From Octopus bimaculoides (Eukaryota), in assembly GCF_001194135.2 (NCBI RefSeq), contig NC_068993.1, positions 62,982,771 through 63,029,041 on the forward strand: 46,271 bases of DNA. Reading direction: 5' to 3'. A model generated the notes under the pieces. It saw only the letters and a list, made by a program, of their open reading frames with translations. It was not told where the DNA came from and made no database searches. Below, piece after piece: positions 11,615 to 24,387 of the stretch (positions within the stretch are counted from its first letter, which is position 1; every line of letters begins with the position of its first letter). The position numbers and the translations under genes were made by a program.

Positions 11615-13892
11615 AATTAGATAGAGATAGAGAAGATAGAGACAGAGACAGAGAAAGACAGAGAGAGAGACAGACAGAGACAGAGAGAGACAGAGACAGA
11701 GACAGAGAAAGACAGAGAGAGACAGAGAGAGAGACAGAGATAGAGAGACAGATAGAGAGACAGACAGAGAGAGAGAGACAGAGAAAGACAGAGAGAGAGA
11801 GACAGAGAAAGACAGAGAGAGACAGACAGAGACAGACAGAGACAGACAGAGAGAGAGAGAGACAGAGAGAGAGACAGACAGAGAAAGAGAAAGACAGAGA
11901 GAGACAGAGACAGAGAGAGAGACAGAGAGAGACAGAGAGAGAGACAGAGATAGAGAGACAGACAGAGAAAGAGAAAGACAGAGAGAGAGAGACAGACAGA
12001 GGCAGACAGAGAGAGACAGAGACAGAGAGAGAGACAGACAGAGAAAGAGAAAGACAGAGAGAGACAGAGACAGAGAGAGAGACAGAGAAAGACAGAGAGA
12101 GACAGAGAGAGAGACAGAGAAAGAGAAAGACAGAGAGAGAGAGACAGACAGAGAGACAGAGAGAGAGAGAGAGACAGAGAGAGAGACAGACAGAGAAAGA
12201 GAAAGACAGAGAGAGAGACAGACAGAGAAAGAGNNNNNNNNNNNNNNNNNNNNNNNNNNNNNNNNNNNNNNNNNNNNNNNNNNNNNNNNNNNNNNNNNNN
12301 NNNNNNNNNNNNNNNNNNNNNNNNNNNNNNNNNNNNNNNNNNNNNNNNNNNNNNNNNNNNNNNNNNNNNNNNNNNNNNNNNNNNNNNNNNNNNNNNNNNN
12401 NNNNNNNNNNNNNNNNNNNNNNNNNNNNNNNNNNNNNNNNNNNNNNNNNNNNNNNNNNNNNNNNNNNNNNNNNNNNNNNNNNNNNNNNNNNNNNNNNNNN
12501 NNNNNNNNNNNNNNNNNNNNNNNNNNNNNNNNNNNNNNNNNNNNNNNNNNNNNNNNNNNNNNNNNNNNNNNNNNNNNNNNNNNNNNNNNNNNNNNNNNNN
12601 NNNNNNNNNNNNNNNNNNNNNNNNNNNNNNNNNNNNNNNNNNNNNNNNNNNNNNNNNNNNNNNNNNNNNNNNNNNNNNNNNNNNNNNNNNNNNNNNNNNN
12701 NNNNNNNNNNNNNNNNNNNNNNNNNNNNNNNNNNNNNNNNNNNNNNNNNNNNNNNNNNNNNNNNNNNNNNACAGAGAGAGAGACAGACAGAGACAGACAG
12801 AGAGAGAGAGAGACAGACAGAGAGAGAGACAGACAGAGAAAGAGAAAGACAGAGAGAGAGACAGACAGAGAAAGAGAAAGACAGTGAAAGAGAAAGAGAG
12901 AGAGAGAGACAGACAGAGAGACAGACAGAGAGAGAGAGAGACAGAGAGAGAGAGAGACAGAGAGACAGAGAGAGACAGAGAGACAGAGAGACAGAGAAAG
13001 ACAGAGATAGAGAGACAGACAGAGACAGAGACNNNNNNNNNNGAGACAGAGAGACAGAGAGACAGAGAAAGACAGAGATAGAGAGACAGACAGAGACAGA
13101 GACAGACAGAGACAGAGAAAGACAGAGAGAGACAGAGAGAGAGACAGAGAAAGACAGAGCGAGACAGAGAGAGAGAGAGAAACAGACAGACAGAGACAGA
13201 CAGAGACAGAGAGAGACAGAGAGAGAGACAGACAGAGACAGAGAAAGACAGAGAGACAGAGAGAGAGACAGAGACAGACAGAGACAGAGAGAGACAGAGA
13301 CAGAGAGAGACAGAGACAGAGAGAGAGAGAGTGTACAACAGTGATGACAAAACTAATATNNNNNNNNNNNNNNNNNNNNNNNNNNNNNNNNNNNNNNNNN
13401 NNNNNNNNNNNNNNNNNNNNNNNNNNNNNNNNNNNNNNNNNNNNNNNNNNNNNNNNNNNNNNNNNNNNNNNNNNNNNNNNNNNNNNNNNNNNNNNNNNNN
13501 NNNNNNNNNNNNNNNNNNNNNNNNNNNNNNNNNNNNNNNNNNNNNNNNNNNNNNNNNNNNNNNNNNNNNNNNNNNNNNNNNNNNNNNNNNNNNNNNNNNN
13601 AGAGAAAGACAGAGAGAGAGAGACAGAGAGAGACAGACAGAGAGAGAGAGAGACAGAGAGAGAGACAGACAGAGAAAGAGAAAGACAGAGAGAGACAGAG
13701 ATAGACAAAGAAAGACAGAGACAGACAGAGAGAGAGAGACAGACAGAGAGAGAGCGAGACAGACACAGAGAGAGAGAGACAGAGACAGAGACAGACAGAG
13801 ACAGAGAGAGACAGAGAGAGAGAGACAGACAGAGACAGACAGAGACAGAGAGAGACAGAGACAGAGAGAGACAGAGACAGAGAGAGAGAGAG
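11615..13892. repeat. Large compound (GA)n/(GACA)n microsatellite interrupted by three N gaps
   Basis: Visible directly; it generates the spurious 577-815 aa ORFs. Confidence 0.97.
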
Positions 13893-15324
13893 TGTACAAC
13901 AGTGATGACAAAACTAATATCGATGGAAGAATGGTGAAAAAAAGTATTAGTGATCATATATAACAGGAATAAGTTATTGAAACTTGGATAAAATTATTAG
14001 ACCAGACTTTAGTATGTTATAGTTGACATCCTACCATTATCTGAATAAAAAAAAAAACCAGATATTTATTTAAATAGAAGGATAAAAAGAATTTCCTGAG
14101 TTTACACTCTTATAACACCATTATTGAAGTTATTTCTTCACAGCATTGGCAAGTTTTTTCATTTGCACTCACTTCTGTCACTTAGTCAATGTCAGACTTT
14201 TAACACTACCATCAAACAGGCTGTCTTTTGTACAAAGAGAGAATCCCATCTTTGTGAATACAAAGAAAGAATTCTCACAGATTCACCTAGCAGCAACAAA
14301 TTGTGTTATCACTATCCCCTTCGTCACTACGGCAGACCAAGATCACCTGCGGAAGTTGATTCATCCTGTCAACAGTAGACAATCATCTTTGTTCATGATC
14401 TAACAAAACTATTTGCTCTATCAACCAAGTGCATACACACCTTAGTGCACTGGGGAAAATAGGGCTTCATGAAGTTTTCAACTGACATTATCAACTAAGA
14501 CCAGAACCAAATTGATAATCAGTTTTGCTTTATCATTTTAATTCAACCAGTATAACAAAATTTGAAAAAAAAAAAAATAACTGCAGCAAAACCAATTAAT
14601 AATTATTAATTAATTTAATTAGTGAACAGACAAAAATACAAAAGCAATGTAATTACGATAATACTTGTCCTCACACATAAAAATATAGCAAATAGTGAAC
14701 TGTTTGACTAGTTTAGAAGAAGAAAAAAACATTGCTTTAACTGTTCAGCTTTTCAGATTCCAGTGCACCTAGAATGCCTCCCAGATGTGGTATTTATAAC
14801 AAAGATGGCAGATGTATGCAAGTGCTCTGGTAAATTTTCTGCATGCAAGAGGAGGAATTTTAATGACTCTCTCTCTCTCCCTCTCTCTCGGAGAACCTAC
14901 AAAAAGTGGTTTTCCTAACTACACATCAATAGCTGATTGGTTGTCCAAATATTTTACAGTATGCTGAAGCAAAACTGATCCAGTTACAATTAACAAGTCT
15001 AACGAGTTTCATAATTTATCACTAGTCAAAAAGGGAGGCAGTACCCGCTATCTCTTACAGGGCCTCTGAGACTTGGAGAAGGGGGGGGGATATTGTCATA
15101 CCCTAACAACTCTGTTGCCTCAATAAAAATATAAAAGTTTTATACGAGAACTCTTTCTCCATTTTACATTCTAACCTGGATAATTTTCGAAAATGTGGAC
15201 ATATGATTTAGATTAACTAAGCATTCTTACAATTCTCACACCATTCCATAGACATACAGATATATAAATACAGATATATAGAGAGATATAGGTAGAGAGA
15301 TATAGGCAGAGAGAAACAAAGATA

Positions 15325-15472
15325 TACGACAGGTTTCTTTCAGCTTCCATCTGCCAAATCCTCTGATAAGGCTTTGGTTGGCCCAAGGGTTAGGGTTAGG
15401 TACTTACCCAAAGTACCATGCAGTGGAACTGAACTCAGAACCATGTGGCTGGGATGTAAACTTCTTACCAAT
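15325..15472 (-). mobile_element. SINE family A, 5' half
   Basis: Reverse complement contains ggtaagaagttt...ccacatggttctgagttcagttccactgc (B-box-like) and ccttgggccaaccaaagcc. Confidence 0.7.
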
Positions 15473-17254
15473 CAATCATACTGTATGTATGATTCCAAAT
15501 GTTATTAGAAGATTCTTAGAACCAAAAGCTGATGAGAAAGGATGGATAAAGATGGGGAGTAGAATCAATGAGATCAAAAGTGGTTCATTTATGCAAAACC
15601 ACTCGTACCAAATATAAAACAAATAGCTTGAACTGAAAAGATATTACAAAATAGCTACAAATGTCATGGAAACAACTTCATAAATCTTGCACAAGTATTA
15701 ATCACAATGCAGAGGTTACACAGTGCTGTAACTCATTCATCAAAGTGTTTACGTAGAAACACTGATATACAAATCTCGAAACACACGGGGAATGTACTAA
15801 TTAGACATTATGCCTTCATGCAATCCAGTGGAAGACCTGATACTGATTCCCAGCTCTAACTCTTTCACTTATATTGATAATGGCCTTCAAAAAACATCAA
15901 TCTATCTATTTACCAATCTCTCGCTATCTATCTATTTATCTATATATCTATATATCTATCTATCTATATCTAGCTGTATCTATCTATCAATCTATATATC
16001 TATCTATCTATCTATATCTATCTCAGGTAATAGATTAACTAATTAAAATCATACTCAATTCTCACCAACATTAAGTACACTAACTGAATGCATTAGATTA
16101 AGAAAGTAACTTCAGAACACAATTGCAGGTTCAATAAAGTTGTGCTTATACTGTGCTTTTAGATTGTTACATTGTCTCTCATTAAACTAGTAACAAGGAT
16201 TTTAGTAAGAATATACGCAGGAACAGGAACTTTGGCTGCTTTTCAAAGCCTAGTGATGATCTAATGCCACTAACATTGCATCACTGCGTAATCCTTCTTC
16301 TCGGTGAATTGCATCTTCAATTAGTCTTACCAACATTTGTGGTGTAATCAAAAAGATTTATGCTACAGCTTGGCCCTTCAATAAAAGGAAGTTTAAAGAT
16401 CAATTATATTCCACCTGCAAATTTACAAACACACCAAGAAAAATTGTCAGTTTAATTAAATGGCAATTAGCACCTGTCTGTTAGGAGAACGAAGCCTGAA
16501 TGAGGGCAGCATCCAATCCAAGCCAAATTTTTTCCCTTCAGTGGTAAAAGTTTTGCAAAGTTAGAGAGAAGCATTAGACCAACTTTATGAATCATCGAGA
16601 GGAAGAAAGAAACTGACACATTAAAAAAAATAAATTAACATTAAAATATTCATAATGTAGTAAGATGAAGCGAGTTTTAATCTTTTTTTTTCATCACTTA
16701 TCATTCTAATCAACATCTCAAGCAGAATGGGAAGAGAATGTTGGAATATTTGGCTTCAGCTTAAATTCCTACAGAAAAATAGTTTTAATTTCATTTTCCA
16801 GGCAGAGTTAAATGTGACATGATGAAAAATAGAGAATCATTTGAAACCAAATCTGTAAATATTTCCCCAAGAACCCTTTATGACTTGCAGATTAGATCCA
16901 TAAAGTACTCGACTGTATGGTTAGGTTTCAAGTATGTTATTACTTAATAGTAATGGGTTACATTTTTAAATGCCTGTTAAATAACCAACAATAACTCCTT
17001 TCAGTATATATATTGTAACAAATTCTTTAGATGTCTTGTTCACGTATGTTGTTTATACACCTACACAACACTTACAGAGAAATTTGTATTAGAATATTTC
17101 ACACAACAATATTGATTCATTAACATTTAAACTTGCGACATGATCTTGAATCAATATAAGCATATACATATATATGAAGAAGAAAAAAAAAACAGTAATG
17201 GGCATAATGTAATACTGTACGAAGAAAGAAATTCTGTAGTACCTAAGTAAAAAG

Positions 17255-17287
<33 letters not shown>

Positions 17288-17296
17288 TTTTTTGTT

Positions 17297-17480
17297 TGTT
17301 TCAGCCATTCGACTGTGGCCATGCTGGAGCACCGCCTTAGAGGGTTTTAGTCAAGCAAATCGACCCTAGTATTTATTCTTTCTAAGCCTAGTACTTAATC
17401 TATCAGTTTCTTTTGTCGAACCACTACATTACGGGGACGTAAACACACCAGCATCGGTTGTCAAGCGATGTTGTGGGAAC
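17297..17480 (-). mobile_element. SINE family A, 3' half
   Basis: Reverse complement of cttgacaaccgatgctggtgtgtttacgtccccgtaa...ggcggtgctccagcatggccacagtc. Confidence 0.8.
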
Positions 17481-18339
17481 AAACACAGACACACAAACAT
17501 ACACACACACAGATATATTGACAGACCACTTCCAGAATCTTGCCATGGAGTATGACAGGTACTTTTTCTGAGGATGGGATGTCAACATATGTAATCTTTC
17601 TGTTGGAGGCATTAGTTTTACACACACACACGCACACACACGCGCACACGCGCACACGCGCACACGCACACGCACACGCACACGCACACACACACACACA
17701 CACCCAGCAGCTGACTGGACAACCAATAGTTGTCACCAATTATTGTAGTAAAGTTGTCAGTAAAGTTGAGGTTGACGACAGTGAACTCACATGCAACTGT
17801 GACAGCCAGGAAATGCAAGAGAATGCTCTGTGATCCAATGATACAGTTCAGCGATTCTCAACCCTTTTTCGCCTATGGACTGCTTTTTATTCCGATTTTA
17901 CTCTGCTGGATCTTCATCGCCATTCAATGTCTATAAAAACAACCTTACTGCATTTTTATAACAAAATATTTTTAGGAAATGTATAAAAAAATTAAAATAT
18001 TTTGTACATTGTAGAAGTATTATAACCAATTTACTGTGCATAAATTTTAACAACAAAATCTTATATGGTCCCTGATCTAGTTGAAAACTGTTAGACATAG
18101 AACCCAGCCCTACCAGACATCTGAGCAAATTTCAAAGGGGACAGGTTTCTCACCATAACCGTGAACCTTTGCTCACAGAGAATTGCGATGTGCTCAAACG
18201 AGAGTCCGCTTTCTAAGTAACCTTTGTGCAATCACAACAACTCAGTGCACTACAAACGACAAATTCAAAAGCTTGCTCCAAAGTTCACAAAGCAAGTCTT
18301 GAGGAAGAAATTCTGTGTGCCAGACACAAATGATCACAC

Positions 18340-18540
18340 GTTGCTGATGAGATCTAACAAGGCTGAAAACCAGTCAGAGGCTGTCACCAGTTCACTTTTA
18401 TAAGATAAGAACTAATCTTTTGTACATTAGCTTTCATTGAAAGTTTTCATCTGTTACATATGTGAGTCTATGTGTTTTTACCATGCAGAACACTCTCCTA
18501 ATACCAATGCCAATATTTATAATCGCCATTACTTTCCTTT

Positions 18541-18578
<38 letters not shown>

Positions 18579-18650
18579 ATGATTATCTTTTAAGTCTTAT
18601 GCTTCGCTGAGATCTAACAAGATCAAAACATGTCTTTTGCTTTCACAAGT
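18340..18650 (+). mobile_element. Two tandem degenerate HHR-bearing units (Penelope pLTR/retrozyme-like), 259 nt between predicted cleavage sites
   Basis: Copy 1 is CTGATGA-GATC-taacaa-ggct-GAAAaccaGTC (cut after 18375). Copy 2 is CTGA-GATC-taacaa-GATC-AAAACATGTC (cut after 18634). The 3' flanks resemble each other (ctgtcaccagttcactttta vs ctttcacaagtgagctttaa). Confidence 0.55.
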
Positions 18651-18924
18651 GAGCTTTAAAAAACATGACCCATCCTTAAGTGCATTGTCAATTTTCCAGA
18701 AGTTTCAATTAACTGATATTATAATTATTTCTCAGGTTTGTTGTGTTTAGATTTTAAACATCTCTAGAAAGATTTTTATTTTTGATTGCAAAGATAATTA
18801 TTAAGTTAATCAAAGTTTTTTTTAACACAGTATATCATTGGTAGTTATTTTAATGATGCCTCCCACCAACGAGAATGAAAAACACAGCCAATCACAACAG
18901 TATTTGAACTTGTATATAAAACAT

Positions 18925-19285
18925 TAACAGATAGGTGTGGCTTTATGGTAAGAAGTTTGCTTCCCAGCCACATGGTTCCAAGTTCAGTCCCATGGCTTGG
19001 GACATTGGGCAAGTGTCTTCTACTATAGCCTTTTAGTCTGTCAAAAGATCTTGTCTTGCAAGTTATGAAACAACTTCACTAGCGCTGGGGACACAAAAGA
19101 ACACCCCGTACACACTGTAAAGGGGTTGGCATTGGGAAGGGCATTCAGCTTTATAAAAAATCTTTCCAAAGCAGATATTGGTGCTCACACAGTTCTTTGG
19201 TTCATCGAGTCCTGTCAGCAAGATAATCATCGTCACAATTTAGCAGATGTTAAATGGTGATGATGATGATGATGATGATGATTAT
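18925..19285 (+). mobile_element. tRNA-derived SINE with V-domain-like block and (GAT)n tail
   Basis: tggtaagaagtttgcttccc...ggttccaagttcagtccc head; ttgggcaagtgtctt; ggttggcattgggaagggcattcagc; gttaaatggtgatgatgat tail. Confidence 0.75.
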
Positions 19286-19300
19286 CAACACCCTTGTCAT

Positions 19301-19770
19301 TAAGATGGTGGACTGGCAGAATTGCTTCAGTGACAAACAAATGTCTTTTAGTAATTGTTTCAGCTCTTTGCATTCTGCTTAAATCATGCCAAATCAATGC
19401 TATCTTCCACCCTTTCAGTAGAATAAAGTACTAGTGAAGCAGCAGGGACCATATATATATACTACACAACTATTTCTTCCCCAATGAATTTCTAACCTTG
19501 AGCCAAAGTAAGAATTATCATTATAATCATGATCGTTATTAAAGGGGTGAGCTGAGGGTGGCGAGCTGGCAGAATCATTAGCATGCTGGGCGAAATGCTT
19601 AGCAATTCTTCACCTGTCGCTACACTGAGTTCAAATTCCACCAAGGCCGACTTTGCTTTTCATCTTTTCATGGTCAATAAATTAAGTACCAGTTGCGTAC
19701 TGGAGTCGATCTCGACTGGCCCCCTCCCCCAAAATTTCAGGCCATGTGCCTATAGTAGAAAGGATTATTA

Positions 19771-19801
<31 letters not shown>

Positions 19802-20308
19802 TATTATCATTATCATTATTATTATCATTATTATCATTATTATTATTAAGGCGGCGAGCTGGCAGAATCATTAGCACACTGGATGAAATGCTTGGCAGTA
19901 TTTTGCCTGCTGCTACATTCTGGGTTCAAATTCCACCAAGGTCAAGTTTGCCTTTTATCCTTTTGGGAGTCGATAAATTGGGTACCAGTTGAGTACTGGG
20001 GGTCGGGGGTGTCGATGTAATTGACTGGCCTCCTCCCCAAAAATTTCAGGCCTTGTGCCTATAATAGAAAAGATTATTAAGGTGGTGATCTGGCAAAATT
20101 GTTAGCATGATGGACAAGGTACTCAGCAGCATTTCTTCAGGCTCTTTATGTTCTGAGTTCAAATGCCACCGAGGTTGACTTTGCTTTTCATCCTTTCAGA
20201 GTTCGATAAAATAAGTACCAATTGAGCACTGGGGTCGATGTAATCAACTTCACCCCCACCATTCAAAATTACTGGCCTTGTGCTAAATTTAGAAAGAATT
20301 ATTATTAA
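19301..20308 (+). mobile_element. Head-to-tail stack of four family-B SINEs joined by (ATT)n tails
   Basis: Copies start at about 19301, 19541, 19848 and 20079. Each has a ggcgagctggcagaatc-type head, the three younger copies have a gttcaaat B-box, and each next head begins in the previous tail. Confidence 0.85.
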
Positions 20309-21569
20309 CACAACCCTAATGTTCTCATAGTACATCACTGTGAACATCTGAGAAATTAATTTATAAAATTTTTTACAGACGAACATAAAAGTACAAATTG
20401 TTCACAGGAAAGCAAAGAAACAGGATGCTGGATTATTCTGTCCCATCCCAGAATGTAACAAGGTGTGAGAGAGAGAGAGAGAGATCCGATTAAGCTTCCT
20501 GTGATACAAAAACTAATAAGAAATCACTATTTCGTAAGCTTCTGGCTACCTGACTTCGATTCCCAGCAACAATCATTCCTCCACCCACTCAAAAATCTGA
20601 GGACTTGCACTTATGTAAGCATTCTCCAGTTAAGTGGGCGCAAAGGGTGGGCGGGACAGGAGAAAGATATCGGTGTGAAACATTTCAAGAGCAAATAAAG
20701 GAGAAGGAACACGGTATGGCGAAATCAGTAGAGTTCCGGATGAAATGATTTGTATTTGCTTATATAGTTCCGAGTTCAAATCCTCACCGAGTCTACTTTG
20801 CCAATCATTCTTCTTTGATCAATAAAATACGTGACAATCGAGTATTTGAGTGCACTGGTGTAGGCGGTGCCCCAGTATGACCGCAGCGAAAGGACAAATC
20901 AGTAAAAGATATCTATCTATATCTATGATTATATATATATATATATATATAATAATATTATTAGGGACAAAATCCAAAATTACAGGTAAAAAACTCAATT
21001 AAAATCAATTTATAAAAAATTAAATTGAGCCTTTTAATTATTAATTTTTCTATATGTGATAGTNNNNNNNNNNNNNNNNNNNNNNNNNNNNNNNNNNNNN
21101 NNNNNNNNNNNNNNNNNNNNNNNNNNNNNNNNNNNNNNNNNNNNNNNNNNNNNNNNNNNNNNNNNNNNNNNNNNNNNNNNNNNNNNNNNNNNNNNNNNNN
21201 NNNNNNNNNNNNNTATATATATGTGTATATATATATATATATAATTATACCTTGGTCAGTACCCGCATCAACGAACGTATTAAACAGGTTAACTTCGCCA
21301 CAATCAAAATTATCATGATATCACTCAAATAATCCTAACATATGTATAATTTATATAAATAGCATTGTAGTTTATTGATTTCCCTGTATTGTATTACCCT
21401 TGTGGCAAACAAATTATTATAAATGTTTAAATCGTTTAGAGACGTTTTGCCGGGAAACCGAATGTCTAACACACACACACACGCAAAACCGTTTAAGGCG
21501 TGTGAAAAAGACCCCTAACGTAATGTTAAGTGACATCAGTATTACCAATTCCATTTTTTATAGTAACCA

Positions 21570-21780
21570 ACGAGGGAGATAAGCGAGTGGTTATTTGACC
21601 TGCTAAAAATAGCCGCTAAATCTCTAGCAAATTACACTGTACCGTCTTAAATAAAGATGTATTGATTAATGTCAGCTCTGACGATAATAATAAATTAAAA
21701 ACACATTGGTCATTGCTTGATAGCCTTTGATCAAAGGTCTGCTAAATTAGCGCTGGCTTGAGGCTAAAGTGAAAAACAAA
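21570..21780 (+). mobile_element. SINE family C, 3' part
   Basis: gacctgctaaaaatagccgctaaatc...gcctttgatcaaaggtctgct...ggctaaa; similar blocks at 22450-22640 and 23335-23525. Confidence 0.65.
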
Positions 21781-22664
21781 ATTCCTTTTTAACAACCTCG
21801 GATTTGTAAATTATAAAAGTAGAAACAGGATTAGAAAATATGAACAACCTTCGCTAAAATTAAGTAAATATTGAAAACGAATACATCCCTTCTCATTTTG
21901 GTTATATATTACCCTAACAGTTTCATCTTTCCTAGTTATCTACAATGGCTTTGTGACAAAGGAATTATTATTATTATTCCTTATTTTATTTCGCATTTCT
22001 GTTGATATACATTCGCTTGGGACGCACCTCCGTGTTTACAGTCTGTAGAAATAACGTTGACAATCTATTTGTTTTGTAGTCGGAAACCAGGCCTGCTCGA
22101 GCAGAACGATGATCAAATGTATTCCATTCCAGTCGTGAACATCTCAACCTTTTGAATGTCTAGGAATACATGTATGCGTCCAGTCTTATTTTTTAAAACT
22201 GGATGTGAGGGTTGGGGTGGGGACAGAAACTCACTGCTTTACAGTAAAACAAAGAAGAAATTGATAAAACAAATACCAGAAGAAAAAAAGAAAACAAAAC
22301 AATAAGGAGGTTAGGGGTATATTCGAAAAGAAATTATAATTATAGATAAACAGAGTCTGCAGATAAATTCGGCTTGAATTCTTTGTAAGGAACATCTCAC
22401 TTCCATTTTCGCCAAAATATGAGATTCGAACGTCACATGCGATCTTATTTCTCCGCTCTGAGCCAACTATAGAACCACCACGATGGTGTTAGACTTGCTA
22501 GAAATAACAGCCAAATCCCCTTCAAATCACACCTTTTCGTGTTCAAATAAAAGATACAATAGATAATGTAGTTCCTGATATATAAATAGAATTTAAAAAA
22601 AGATGAGATGGTCACGACTAGAAAGCCTTTATTCACAGATTCACTGCGCTTGGATCAGAGCTGA

Positions 22665-23135
22665 CAACGTTAGAAATATTTGTACTAATATCAGAAATCA
22701 TCATTATTATGAAATTCAAATCCCACGAGTTCAACTTCACCTGTCATTTTTCTAGGATCGATAAAATAAAGAACAAGTGACTGCCGAGGGAGATTAAATC
22801 GATTATTCTCTGCCCACAAAATGATAGGCCTACATTAGAAATTATTATTATTATTATTAATACGTTCCGTGTTCAAATTCCACCGAAGTCGATTTCACCT
22901 CTCATCCGGGGTCGACAAAATAGGTACCAGTTGAACACTGAAGTCATGTAATCGACTTTACCTTCCCCCTCTACCAAATTTTGGACCAGCATTATCATTA
23001 CCATTATTATTATTATTATTATTATTGTCATCATGATTGATTAAATTCAATCTTACTATGTTCGACTTTGCCTTCCATGTAAGGTCGATAAGATAAGTAC
23101 CAGTCATATACTGGTATTATTAGAATTCAATTGGC
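22665..23135 (+). mobile_element. Cluster of truncated family-B SINE fragments separated by (ATT)n
   Basis: gttcaaattccaccgaagtcg, gtcgataa(g/a)ataagtaccag blocks repeated three times. Confidence 0.7.
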
Positions 23136-24387
23136 TATTCATCCCTCCGTCCGTCCCTCCATCCATCCTCTAAAAATATGAGAAGAACTAATTGCCTTTG
23201 TAGTTAAGGAGGATGCAGGTAAGGTTACAGCAGTAAATTCTCATCGACCTTACTTCGCAACTCGACTCAAATTCCCAGTTGGAACAATTTAACCGAACCG
23301 CATCCGAAAAAGAGCCATCATCTAGGAAAGCCTCTATGCGGTCGTTCAACCTGCTAGAAACAACAGGCGAATTTATCAAGTACCTAACATCTTTGAAAAA
23401 TAGAAATTTAATAAAATAAAAAAGAAGAAAGGCTGCACTGTATAGTAATCTATGAGGGACAGACAGGACATGCTTGTCCACAAGACGGTAGGTGTGTTTC
23501 ATCAGATGAGCAGGGAATAAACAACAAACGTCGTTTTCGTCTCTTTAATTGCAAAGAGTAAAGCATGCAGGTCACAACACTCCGAGAAGAAAAAGAAAAT
23601 ATAAAAACCAGACTTATTATTTATGTTAATGTAAGCTTTAAAAAAATGTTTTCATTCATAGGTTGTGATTTCGAATCCCGCTCCAGGCGTTTCCTGTGTG
23701 GTTTTATTATAAATTGAAATAAATTCCATGCAAAATGACAAGATGCCTCGCACAAATTCATTCCTCCTCCTTCTTCTGTATATAAAACTTGGTGATTTTT
23801 ACAAGATTACTAAGAGGAAACCCTACCTATCTAGCTAAAATTTAGAGACTTTGTCTCTGTTTTTACCTCAGGGTCGCCCCCCCCCCCAATGCCTCAGCAG
23901 ACATCTAAAAACAAACAACAGTAACTAACTTGACTAATTATGGATATGTCTAGGACTACATTATCTGTGTCCTTTACGTAAGACGGAATATGGAGATTGT
24001 GACTACTATTTCTAGCAGATTTGTTGACGACTCGAGGTCCCCCCCCCCGCAGCTATCACTACTATCGATCAACCACCGGGATAGGAAGCCAACTCTACGG
24101 CAGCTAAACACTCCCACCAAAACTCTCTCCGGCAGCTGAATAAACCTTTAGACATAGAGATGAGGCACACAAACTGATGTGACCGGATGAGCGACGCCAA
24201 CGAAACGCCTGGAGCAGAAATGGAACCACGAACCTTCAACCTTTTTATTCCAACACCTTTAAAACCATGCGACCATTTCGAAGGAGGTCTCCCCTCCTTA
24301 TATAAACAGAATTCTTGCATCTTTTTCTTTTTTTCTTTTCTTTATATAAATAAGAGATATTATGATAAAAATTCCAAAGAAACTTAC

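Larger units (their letters stand above)
1..24387 (-). other. BLTP1: BLTP1 intron following the first coding exon (at least 24 kb, runs off the window or through gaps)
   Basis: GTAAGT donor at 24387. Manual scanning found no minus-strand exon resembling the expected continuation (SFSFSVLSGK..., IQDG..FRWW). It could lie in an N gap or beyond position 1. Confidence 0.7.

Noticed and set aside
11510-13963. ORFs of 137-815 aa (SLSLSV / RERQRQ)
   Set aside because: Translations of a GA/GACA microsatellite and N gaps
14124-14410. Two overlapping ~85-aa plus-strand ORFs, faintly like a Penelope RT linker
   Set aside because: No diagnostic motif; similarity is too weak to call
19301-20308. CRISPR-like or satellite interpretation of regularly spaced repeats
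   Set aside because: Units are ~230-300-bp SINEs in a eukaryotic genome, with no short repeat-spacer structure or cas genes
24245-24387. C-terminal part of the 113-aa ORF (KFLWNFYH...)
   Set aside because: Read-through into the intron past the GTAAGT donor
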